The notes beneath the pieces were generated by a model that was given only the letters and a program-made list of their open reading frames with translations, was not told the DNA's origin and ran no database searches. A stretch of 36,747 nucleotides of DNA from Gemmatimonadales bacterium. Its GTDB lineage: Bacteria; Gemmatimonadota; Gemmatimonadetes; Gemmatimonadales; GWC2-71-9. How positions within the stretch are numbered: the first letter of the stretch is position 1; each line of letters starts with the position of its first letter. Below are positions 8,356-15,815 of this stretch, one piece after another. The position numbers and the translations under genes are program-made. The stretch covers positions 1-36,747 of the forward strand of contig JBFILX010000001.1 in assembly GCA_041612035.1 (NCBI GenBank). Direction: 5' to 3'.

Positions 8356-9642
8356 GTGCGCGACCCGGTGGAGCGCACCATCCTGGTGGCCGCCCCCCGC
8401 AAGGGCTCGCCCGACGCGGCGAGCCTGCAGGAACACCTCGACGAACTGGCCGAGCTGGTGGACACCGCGGGGGCGCGGGTGGTGGGCCAGTTGTCCCAGC
8501 AGGTGGCGTCCCCCAGCCCGGCCACCCTGATCGGCGAGGGCAAGGTCGAGGAGCTGCGGGCCCAGGTGGCCGCGCTCGACGCCACCCTGGTCGTCTTCGA
8601 CGAGGAGTTGTCGCCGGTCCAGGGCGCGAACCTGGAGCGGGAGCTCAAGGTCCGGGTCATGGACCGGGCCGAGGTGATCCTCGACATCTTCTCGATCCGG
8701 GCCCGCAGCCACGAGGCCAAGCTGCAGGTCGAACTGGCCCAGCTCGAGTACCTGCTGCCCCGGCTCACCCGGATGTGGACCCACCTTTCCCGGATCCGGG
8801 GCGGCATCGGGCTCCGGGGCCCCGGCGAGACCCAGCTGGAAACCGACCGCCGGATGATCCGGCAGAAGATCCAGCGGCTGAAGCGGAAGCTGGAGCACGC
8901 GGAGCAGCATCGGCAGACGGTGCGGGGCGGGCGGCACGCGATGCTGGGCGCCGCCCTGGTGGGGTACACCAACGCGGGCAAGTCGAGCATCCTGCGGTCG
9001 CTCACGGGGGAGCACGGCATCGTGGTGGAGGACCGGCTGTTCGCCACGCTCGACACCCTCACCCGCGAGGTGGACCTGGGCGAGGGGATCCGGGTGCGGG
9101 TGACGGACACGGTCGGCTTCATCCGGAAGCTCCCGCATCACCTGGTGGCGAGCTTCCGGGCCACCCTGGAAGAGGCCCGCGAGGCGGACGTCCTGCTGCA
9201 CGTCATCGACAGCGCGCACCCCGACTGGGAGGAGCACGCCGACGTGGTCACCCGCGTCCTGGCCGACCTGGACCTGGCCGAACGGCCGGTCCTGCCGGTC
9301 TACAACAAGATGGACCTGGTGGCCGACCCCGTCGGGTTCGCCGAGCGGGCCCGGGCCGCGCACCCCGAGGCGGTCTTCGCCACGACCATGCGCACCGACG
9401 GCATGGTCGAGCTGCGGCGTGCCCTGCGGGAACTGGCGTCGGCGCGGCGGCCCACCGTGCGGATCGTGGTGCCCGCGTCGGACGGGGCCCGGCTGGCCGA
9501 GGTGTACCGGAGCGGCGAGGTCGTGGCCCGGGAGGACCTGGGCGAGTCGGTGGCCCTGACGGTCCGGCTCGAACCGTGGCGCGCCGAACGGCTGCGGAAC
9601 GGCGGGCCCCCCGCGGGCGCCGCGGAGGGCCGCGCCTCATGA
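8356..9642 (+). CDS. hflX: GTPase HflX
   Basis: Matches HflX through HEAKLQVELAQLEYLLPRL, GIGLRGPGETQLETDRR, G1 GYTNAGKSS and DTVGFI. The start is placed at the first in-frame GTG after the upstream stop and is uncertain by a few codons. Confidence 0.94.
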   Translation: MRDPVERTILVAAPRKGSPDAASLQEHLDELAELVDTAGARVVGQLSQQVASPSPATLIGEGKVEELRAQVAALDATLVVFDEELSPVQGANLERELKVRVMDRAEVILDIFSIRARSHEAKLQVELAQLEYLLPRLTRMWTHLSRIRGGIGLRGPGETQLETDRRMIRQKIQRLKRKLEHAEQHRQTVRGGRHAMLGAALVGYTNAGKSSILRSLTGEHGIVVEDRLFATLDTLTREVDLGEGIRVRVTDTVGFIRKLPHHLVASFRATLEEAREADVLLHVIDSAHPDWEEHADVVTRVLADLDLAERPVLPVYNKMDLVADPVGFAERARAAHPEAVFATTMRTDGMVELRRALRELASARRPTVRIVVPASDGARLAEVYRSGEVVAREDLGESVALTVRLEPWRAERLRNGGPPAGAAEGRAS

Positions 9643-10712
9643 GCCGGCCCGACCCGGTGCCGGCACGTCCGATCGCCGGGCGGCGCATCCGGTTCGCCCT
9701 GGTGGGCTGCGGGCGGATCGCCGAGCGCCACATCGAGGCGCTGGAGGAACACGGCGTCCACGCCGAGCTGGTGGCGGTCTGCGACACCGACCCCGCCGCC
9801 CTGGAGCGCGCGGTGGCCCGCACCGCCGCGGAGGGCTTCCCCTCGCTCGAGCGGCTGCTGGCGGGCTCCGACGCCGACGCCGTCGTGCTCGCCACGCCGA
9901 GCGGGCTGCATGCGCGGCAGGCGATGGCCGCGGCGGCGGCGGGGCGCCACGTGATCACCGAGAAGCCGATGGCCACCCGGTGGAAGGACGGGCTCGCCAT
10001 GGTGGACGCCTGCGACGCGGCGGGGGTGCGGCTCTTCGTGGTGAAGCAGAACCGGCGGAACCCCACCGTCCAGCTGGTCAAGCGGGCCATCGACAAGGGG
10101 CGGTTCGGCCGGCTCTACCTCATGACCATGAACGTCCTCTGGTCCCGTCCCCAGGCGTACTACGACAGCGCCGACTGGCGCGGCACCTGGGAGTTCGACG
10201 GCGGGGCCCTGATGAACCAGGCGAGCCACTACGTGGACCTGTTCGACTGGCTGGGCGGCCCCGTGGAGAGCGTGCATGCCTTCACCGGCACCCTGGCACG
10301 GCGGATCGAGGTCGAGGACACCGGGGTGGCCGTGGTGCGGTGGCGGTCGGGGGCCCTGGGCACCATGAGCGTGACGATGCTCACCTATCCCCGGAACTAC
10401 GAGGGCGCCATCACCGTCATCGGCGAGCGGGGGACCGTCCGGGTGGGAGGCGTGGCGGTGAACGAGATCCAGCACTGGGCCTTCGCCGAGCCGGATCCCG
10501 ACGACGAGCTGGTGGGACAGGCCGGCTACGAAACCGCCTCGGTGTACGGGGTCGGGCACCCCCGGTACTACGAGAACGTGATCCAGACCCTCCGGGGGGA
10601 GGCCGAGCCGGAGACCGACGGACGGGAAGGGCTGCGGTCGCTCGAGCTGCTGGTGGGGCTCTACATGTCGGCGCGGGACGGCCGGACCGTCTCGCTCCCG
10701 CTCGACGTCTGA
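9639..10712 (+). CDS. Gfo/Idh/MocA-family NAD-dependent oxidoreductase (sugar or sugar-nucleotide dehydrogenase type)
   Basis: N-terminal Rossmann FALVGCGRIAERH, the EKP motif (VITEKPMA), and a C-terminal alpha/beta domain. ATGA overlap with hflX. Confidence 0.85.
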   Translation: MSRPDPVPARPIAGRRIRFALVGCGRIAERHIEALEEHGVHAELVAVCDTDPAALERAVARTAAEGFPSLERLLAGSDADAVVLATPSGLHARQAMAAAAAGRHVITEKPMATRWKDGLAMVDACDAAGVRLFVVKQNRRNPTVQLVKRAIDKGRFGRLYLMTMNVLWSRPQAYYDSADWRGTWEFDGGALMNQASHYVDLFDWLGGPVESVHAFTGTLARRIEVEDTGVAVVRWRSGALGTMSVTMLTYPRNYEGAITVIGERGTVRVGGVAVNEIQHWAFAEPDPDDELVGQAGYETASVYGVGHPRYYENVIQTLRGEAEPETDGREGLRSLELLVGLYMSARDGRTVSLPLDV

Positions 10713-10716
10713 CCGC

Positions 10717-11799
10717 TCAGGCCCCCACCGGGGTCCGCGCCGCCACCACCGACCGCCAGAACCCGTCGAGCGCCCGCGCCAGCGAGGCGTCCTGGTAATG
10801 CTCCAGCACCCGGCGCCGCCCGGCGTCGCCGAGGGCCCGCCGCCGGTCGGGGTCGGTCAGCAGCTGCTGCAGGGCCACCAGCAGTTCCTCGTCGTCGGCG
10901 AACACGACCCCCCCCTCGCGCACCACCTCCGGCAGGGCGCCCTCGGCGCTCACCACCGACGCCACGCCGTGCGCCATCGCGTCCACCAGCACCGGCGACC
11001 AGCTCTCGACCCAGTCGGGAGTGGCGCGGGAGGGCACCACCAGGCAGTCGATCTCGGGCCACAGGGCCGTGACCTGCTCCCGGCTCAGGGCGCCCAGCCA
11101 GCGGAGGCGGGAGGCCAGGCCCAGCCGCTGCGCCAGGTCCTCCAGGGCGACCTGCTCGGGCCCGGTGCCCACCAGGCTGAGGGTCCAGGGCCCCATCAGC
11201 TGTCCGCAGGCGCGCAGCAGCCGGTCGGCCCCGCGCTCGGGCACCAGCCGTCCCACGAACGCCATCGTCAGCCCGTCGTGGGGGAGCCGCTGCGGGCTGG
11301 TGGGCGCGGTCACCCCGGTCTGGGGCACCACCAGCGTGGCGAGGTCGGGTGCGGTCTGGCGCAGGAGCCCCGTGGCCGACGCGTTGATCCCGACCGCGCC
11401 CGCCGCCAGCCGGAGGGTGCGCGCGTAGCGGCGGCGTTCGAACAGCGAGCGCGTCACCGGCAGGCTGGTCCGCGCGTACACCACGCCGGGGATCCCCAGC
11501 CGGTGGCCTTCCCGCAGGGCGACGTAGGCGCCGTGGGTTCCCGGTTCCTCCTCGGCGTAGACCAGGGCCGGGCGCACGTCGGTGAGCAGGCGGCGGATGG
11601 TGCGGGGGTTCCAGCGCAGGGTCGCCGGGGCCTCCGGGTCTCCCGCCGTGCCGATGGGCACGAGCCGGAGCGCGCCGTCGGTGCCCGCCTTGCCGCTCGG
11701 CACGGCCACGGTCAGGGACCACCCGAGCGCCGCCAGCTCTTTCAGCTTCTGGCGGTGCTCCGGATCGGCGAAGCAGTGGGATAGGACGACGGCGCGCAC
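10717..11799 (-). CDS. glycosyltransferase family 4 (GT-B fold, RfaG-like)
   Basis: 360 aa. The C-terminal half reads FVGRLVPERGADRLL...VVPSR...ESWSPVLVDAMAHGVASVVS, typical of the GT4 donor-binding domain. GTG start at 11799. Confidence 0.82.
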   Translation of the reverse strand: MRAVVLSHCFADPEHRQKLKELAALGWSLTVAVPSGKAGTDGALRLVPIGTAGDPEAPATLRWNPRTIRRLLTDVRPALVYAEEEPGTHGAYVALREGHRLGIPGVVYARTSLPVTRSLFERRRYARTLRLAAGAVGINASATGLLRQTAPDLATLVVPQTGVTAPTSPQRLPHDGLTMAFVGRLVPERGADRLLRACGQLMGPWTLSLVGTGPEQVALEDLAQRLGLASRLRWLGALSREQVTALWPEIDCLVVPSRATPDWVESWSPVLVDAMAHGVASVVSAEGALPEVVREGGVVFADDEELLVALQQLLTDPDRRRALGDAGRRRVLEHYQDASLARALDGFWRSVVAARTPVGA

Positions 11800-11856
11800 G
11801 GCGCGATATTATGCACGGGCCGCCCCCGGGATCCAAGGGTCCCGCGGACGGCGCGC

Positions 11857-11930
11857 GGGCCCTTAGCTCAGGTGGTTAGAGCAGCGGACTCATAATCCGT
11901 CGGTCCTGGGTTCAAATCCCAGAGGGCCCA
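11857..11930 (+). tRNA. tRNA with anticodon CAT (Met by anticodon; features suggest tRNA-Ile2, lysidine-modified)
   Basis: Hand-folded cloverleaf: acceptor GGGCCCT/AGGGCCC, D stem GCTC/GAGC, anticodon stem GCGGA/TCCGT with loop CTCATAA, T arm CTGGG-TTCAAAT-CCCAG, discriminator A. No encoded CCA. C4-G69 and C5-G68 are present. Confidence 0.95.
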
Positions 11931-11942
11931 TGGCTTTCGCAG

Positions 11943-13622
11943 GTGGTCCGCATGGTGGTGCTGCTGGCGCTGCTGCAGCTGGGGCAGGACCCCGACGCGT
12001 CCCGGGTCCTCGACCAGGCCCGCGCGGCGCAGGCCCGGTTTGAGCGGACCCGTCGCGCCTCCCTCCCGATCACCCCGACGGGCGGCGGCCGGTGCGACGA
12101 GCGGGTGGGTCGCTTCTGCTACTGGTACGACCCCGGCGAGCCCCCGCCGCCCCCCGAGCCCCCGCGCATCGCCGCGGCCCGCGCCGAACTGCTCGCGACG
12201 CTCGACGACCTGGCCGCCCTGGCCCCGGCCGATCCCTGGATCGCCGGCCAGCGGGTGCGCTACCTGGTCGAGCATGGCCACCCGGCCCAGGCGCTGGTCG
12301 TGGTCTCGGCCTGCCGATCCGTGCCATGGTGGTGCGATGCCCTGGCGGGGTTCGTGCACCATGCCATGGGCGAGTACGGCGCGGCGGACCGGGCCTACGC
12401 CCGGATGATGGAGCGGATGCCCGAGGAGACGCGCTGCCGGTGGAACGACCTCGATCCGCTGCTCGAGTCGGGGGCGGCCGAGGGCTACGGCCGGCTCGGC
12501 TGCGCCCAGCGGGACTCGGCCAACGCCACCCTCTTCTGGCTGGGCCGCCCCCGGGCCGGCGAACCGGGGAACGACCTGCGCACCGAGATCCTCGCCCGCC
12601 GCACCTACGCGGCCATCATGGACGGCGCCACCACCCACCACGGAAGCCGCTTCACCGACGACCTCGCCGAACTGATCCTCCGCTACGGCTGGGCCACGGC
12701 CTGGTCGCGCCGTCCGCCGTCCACCACGGCGCCCGGCGAGGTATCGGTCGTGGGGCACGAGCCGCACCCGGCGTACGCCTTCCTGCCGGTGGCCGTGGAG
12801 CGGAACGGGGCGGGGGAGACCGCGCGGGCGGTGCGGTACGCGCTCGAGGCGCCCCGCGTCCGGAGCCGCTATGCGCCGCGCTGGGCGAGCACGGTCACGG
12901 GCGTGCGCGACCTGATGGTGTCCGGCTTCGAGCGCGGCGACGGAACCCTCCTCGTCGCCGCTTTCGATGCGCGGACCGACACCCTCTTCGGCGGGGACGA
13001 CGTGGAGGCGGTCCTGGGGCTCTCCCCGCTTCCCGGGGAGGCGCCGGTCACCCGGCGGGTCGTGGCGCCGGCGGGTCGCGGTGCGGCCCAGGTGCGGTCG
13101 CGCGGAGTGGGCGGGCTCCTGGTCCTGGAGGTGATCGACCCGACCAGCGGGGCGGTGGCCCTCGAGCGCCGGGTGATCCCGGGCGCGCGGGCCGCCGGGC
13201 CCCGGCTCTCGGACCTCCTGCTCTTCGAGCCGGGCGGCACGCTCCCCGTCACCGCGGAAGAGGCCGGGGAGGCGGCGATGGCCTCGGGCGAAACGCCCCC
13301 CCACCGCCGGGTGGGGGTCTACTGGGAGGTCTACGGGATCCCCGACCGGCCCGAGCCGCCCCTGATCTCGGTCCGGGTGCTGGAGCGGGGTCCGGGGTTC
13401 CTCGGCCGGTTGGGGCGGGCGCTGGGCCTCGGCGGGGAAGCGGCCCCCGTCGAGCTCTCCTGGCCCGGCCGGACCGGACAGGCCGGCATGTCGGGCGAGG
13501 CGGTGGAACTGGATCTCTCCCGGCTCGACCCCGGGCGCTATCGGCTGGTGGTCGCGGTGGAGTTCGCGGGGGGTGAGCGGGCCGCGGCGGAGCGGGAACT
13601 GTCCCTGCCGCGTCTCCGGTAG
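11943..13622 (+). CDS. hypothetical exported protein, 559 aa (possibly a divergent GWxTD-like domain protein)
   Basis: Short hydrophobic N-terminus MVRMVVLLALLQLG. All six Cys fall within roughly residues 50-190. Strong G/C third-position bias throughout. The stretch FWLGRP..GNDLRTEILARRTYA...GSRFTDDLAELILRYGWA loosely recalls the GWxTD domain from memory only. ATG 11952 is an alternative start. Confidence 0.7.
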   Translation: MVRMVVLLALLQLGQDPDASRVLDQARAAQARFERTRRASLPITPTGGGRCDERVGRFCYWYDPGEPPPPPEPPRIAAARAELLATLDDLAALAPADPWIAGQRVRYLVEHGHPAQALVVVSACRSVPWWCDALAGFVHHAMGEYGAADRAYARMMERMPEETRCRWNDLDPLLESGAAEGYGRLGCAQRDSANATLFWLGRPRAGEPGNDLRTEILARRTYAAIMDGATTHHGSRFTDDLAELILRYGWATAWSRRPPSTTAPGEVSVVGHEPHPAYAFLPVAVERNGAGETARAVRYALEAPRVRSRYAPRWASTVTGVRDLMVSGFERGDGTLLVAAFDARTDTLFGGDDVEAVLGLSPLPGEAPVTRRVVAPAGRGAAQVRSRGVGGLLVLEVIDPTSGAVALERRVIPGARAAGPRLSDLLLFEPGGTLPVTAEEAGEAAMASGETPPHRRVGVYWEVYGIPDRPEPPLISVRVLERGPGFLGRLGRALGLGGEAAPVELSWPGRTGQAGMSGEAVELDLSRLDPGRYRLVVAVEFAGGERAAAERELSLPRLR

Positions 13623-13846
13623 TGGACTCCGACCCCCAGGCGTGGCGCGACCACCACACAACTTGACCTCATACCTGACCTGAGATCACACATTGTAACC
13701 AGTGTAATGGCAACATGTTCGCATCATGTTACCCGGGAGACTGGGGGTTCGGCACGTGAGGTGCACTTGTTCAGGTCGGTGCCGCGACATGATCGCCGGC
13801 GCCCGTCCGGCCGCCAACTCCCCCCCATGGCCGGACGCCCCAACGA

Positions 13847-13878
13847 GACCCCGGGCCTGGCTCGGGGTCCGTTGCTTT
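13847..13878 (+). terminator. candidate intrinsic terminator (GC hairpin plus imperfect T tract)
   Basis: GACCCCG (13847-13853) pairs with CGGGGTC (13863-13869) and is extendable by two pairs. It is followed by cgTTGCTTTgg. The T tract is interrupted, so the call is weak. Confidence 0.35.
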
Positions 13879-13901
13879 GGGGCCCCCGGGTCGTTTACAA
13901 T
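13872..13901 (+). promoter_or_regulatory. sigma70-like promoter for tRNA-Val
   Basis: TTGCTT (13872-13877), 18-nt spacer, TACAAT (13896-13901). The mature tRNA 5' end lies 13 nt downstream of the -10. Confidence 0.5.
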
Positions 13902-13913
13902 CCCCGCCCCTCC

Positions 13914-13987
13914 GGGCGATTAGCTCAGCTGGTTAGAGCGCGCGCCTCACATGCGCGAGGTCGGGGGTTCGAGCCCCTCATCGCCCA
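13914..13987 (+). tRNA. tRNA-Val (anticodon CAC)
   Basis: Hand-folded cloverleaf: acceptor GGGCGAT/ATCGCCC, D stem GCTC/GAGC, anticodon stem CGCGC/GCGCG with loop CTCACAT, T arm GGGGG-TTCGAGC-CCCTC, discriminator A. No encoded CCA. Confidence 0.95.
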
Positions 13988-13989
13988 CT

Positions 13990-14076
13990 CCCGCAACCCG
14001 GAGTCCTGTCAGCACCTGCGCTGATCCGGCTCCCCCGGGTGTCCCCGCAACCCGGTCGCCCTCGCGCCGGGTGTCC
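13990..14076 (+). repeat. short direct repeats forming overlapping hairpin options
   Basis: CCCGCAACCCGG occurs at 13990-14001 and 14044-14055. CCGGGTGTCC occurs at 14035-14044 and 14067-14076. The ACCCGG and CCGGGT cores are mutually complementary. Confidence 0.6.
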
Positions 14077-14181
14077 TCCCGAAGTTCATCAGGTCCTAAC
14101 ACGCCGGGGAGCCGTCCGTCTCTCGCGGGATCTCGCGCCGGGCCCTACATTGGGCCGGTCCCCAACCACATACGAGGCCCC

Positions 14182-14601
14182 ATGCAGTGGAACAAGGCCG
14201 TGCCGGCGATTGTCGTCGTGTTCCTGTGGTACCTGATCTGGGACAACTTCCTGAGCAGCGCGGTGATGGGATCGGCGGTGGCGCAGATCCCGGGCATGAC
14301 GGAGTCCTACTCGAAGATGTGGGAGACCATCGGCAACCTGTTCGCCGCCGCGGTGCTGGTCTGGGTCTGGAGCAAGGTGCACGGGAGTTTCGGCGCCACG
14401 CTCAAGGGCGGGCTCACCTACGGGCTCTACGCCGGGGTGCTCATGAACTTCCCCGGCTGGCTCTGGATGACGGTGTACGGCGGTTGGCCCTACGCCGCCA
14501 CGTGGCACATCGTCCTCGTCCTGATCGTGCTCACCGTGGTGTCCGGCGCGCTGATCGGCCTGGTCTACGAGAAGATGGGGGCCCCGAAGACGATGGCGTG
14601 A
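14182..14601 (+). CDS. small integral membrane protein (139 aa, about 4 hydrophobic segments), function unknown
   Basis: ATG 14182 is the first start downstream of tRNA-Val in this frame. Hydrophobic, Trp-rich segments include AIVVVFLWYLIW, LFAAAVLVWVW, LYAGVLMNFPGWLW and IVLVLIVLTVV. G/C third-position bias is present. Confidence 0.7.
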   Translation: MQWNKAVPAIVVVFLWYLIWDNFLSSAVMGSAVAQIPGMTESYSKMWETIGNLFAAAVLVWVWSKVHGSFGATLKGGLTYGLYAGVLMNFPGWLWMTVYGGWPYAATWHIVLVLIVLTVVSGALIGLVYEKMGAPKTMA

Positions 14602-14641
14602 TGCAGTGCCCCGGGGGCGGGGCAGGCGGGACCTGATCAAG

Positions 14642-14670
14642 ACGGGGCGACCAGCGGGTCGCCCCGTTTG
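14642..14670. terminator. bidirectional intrinsic terminator between convergent genes
   Basis: Perfect 11-bp stem ACGGGGCGACC (14642-14652) / GGTCGCCCCGT (14657-14667) with loop AGCG, followed by TTT on the plus strand. It sits between the stop at 14601 and the minus-strand stop at 14672-14674. Confidence 0.7.
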
Positions 14671-14671
14671 G

Positions 14672-15712
14672 TCAGATCGCTCCGCCCCGGCGGAGCCGCC
14701 CGATCCGGTCGTAGTGGTCGTCGTGGACCGCCAGTACCTCGCCCGCGGTGACCGTGGCGACCCCCGCCTTGCCGACCTCGACCCCGGCCGCGTAGTTCGC
14801 GATCACGGCGGCTTCCCGGACCCCGGCGCCCGCCGCCAGCATCGCCGCCGCCCAGGCGGTGACCGTGTCTCCCGCCCCCGACACGTCGAACACCTCGCGG
14901 GCCAGGCTCGGGATGTGGGTGACCGCGCGGTCGGCGGTCACCAGTACCATCCCGTCCGCGCCCAGGGTGAGGAGCAGGTTCTGCACCCGGAGCCGATCGA
15001 GCGCCTCGGGGAGGGTCGCCGCGTGGTCCAGGTCGGCCGCCGCCCCCAGCGCGCTCTCCAGCTCCCGGCGGTTGGGCTTGAACACGGTGGCCCCGGCGTA
15101 GTCGAAGAACTGCCGGAACTTGGGGTCCACCACCACCGGAATCGCCAGCGCGGCCGCCCGCTCCATCACGGCCCGGATCAGCGGGCGGGCCAGGACCCCC
15201 TTGTTGTAGTCCTCCAGGATCAGCGCGTCGGCGCCGTCCATCGTCTCGAGCGCGACCGCCGTCAGGCGCTCGAGGGCCGCGCCGTCGAGCGGGGTCTCCA
15301 CCTCCTCGTCGATCCGGACGACCTGCTGTCCCCGCGCCAGCACCCGGGTCTTGGTCGTCGAGGGCCGGCCCGCCACCGTCATCACCGACGCGTCGTCCAT
15401 CCCGAGCGCGGTCAGATGTTCGCGGAGCGTGGTGCCGTGCGCGTCGTCGCCCACCACGCCCACCAGCCGGCAGGTGGCACCCAGGGCCGCGACGTTGGCG
15501 GCCACGTTGGCGGCCCCGCCCAGCGCCGCCCGCCGCTGCCCCACCCGGACGACCGGCACCGGCGCCTCGGGCGACAGCCGGTCGGTGTCCCCCAGCAGGT
15601 ACTGGTCGAGCATCACGTCGCCCACGACCACGATCCGTCGCTCGGCGCTCGCGGCGGTGAGGGCGCCGAGGCGTTCGCGGGTCAGGCCGAAGGGAGGCGA
15701 GGTGGGCGGCAT
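14672..15712 (-). CDS. hldA: D-glycero-beta-D-manno-heptose-7-phosphate kinase (RfaE/HldE domain I only; PfkB family)
   Basis: RIVVVGDVMLDQYLLGDTDRLSPEAPVPVVRV closely matches the HldE N-terminus. The PfkB motif DVSGAGDTV lies near the C-terminus. At 346 aa there is no room for the adenylyltransferase domain. Start ATG at 15712 (MPPTSPPFGL). Confidence 0.88.
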   Translation of the reverse strand: MPPTSPPFGLTRERLGALTAASAERRIVVVGDVMLDQYLLGDTDRLSPEAPVPVVRVGQRRAALGGAANVAANVAALGATCRLVGVVGDDAHGTTLREHLTALGMDDASVMTVAGRPSTTKTRVLARGQQVVRIDEEVETPLDGAALERLTAVALETMDGADALILEDYNKGVLARPLIRAVMERAAALAIPVVVDPKFRQFFDYAGATVFKPNRRELESALGAAADLDHAATLPEALDRLRVQNLLLTLGADGMVLVTADRAVTHIPSLAREVFDVSGAGDTVTAWAAAMLAAGAGVREAAVIANYAAGVEVGKAGVATVTAGEVLAVHDDHYDRIGRLRRGGAI

Positions 15713-15755
15713 GGCCGGGTCCGGGCAGGGGAGGGGCGCGGGACGACTGCCGCCA

Positions 15756-15783
15756 AAGCTAGGACGGGGACCGGAGTCGTCAA
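15756..15783 (-). promoter_or_regulatory. sigma70-like promoter for hldA
   Basis: The minus strand reads TTGACG (15783-15778), 16-nt spacer, TAGCTT (15761-15756), about 44 nt upstream of the ATG at 15712. Confidence 0.5.
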
Positions 15784-15815
15784 CTCGGTCCCGGCCCCGA
15801 TATCTTGCCTGATCC

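Noticed and set aside
13623-13913. A known housekeeping ncRNA (SRP/4.5S, 6S, tmRNA, RNase P) in the spacer.
   Set aside because: I see no SRP GGAA-tetraloop helix-8 motif, no tmRNA tRNA-like ends or tag ORF, no RNase P GAGGAAAGUCC-type conserved region, and the size and shape do not fit 6S. If it is an RNA, it is not one I can name.
11857-13987. A genomic island or integrative element inserted at the tRNA genes.
   Set aside because: There is no integrase, recombinase or transposase. I could find no direct repeat of either tRNA 3' end in the window. Codon and GC character of the bracketed gene matches the flanks.
13707-14024. ORFs 13707-14024 and 13726-13923 in the spacer, and 13951-14601 extending upstream of the membrane-protein ATG.
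   Set aside because: They read straight through the tRNA-Val gene (13914-13987) and encode Arg/Pro-rich low-complexity sequence. Only the portion from ATG 14182 looks like a real (membrane) protein.
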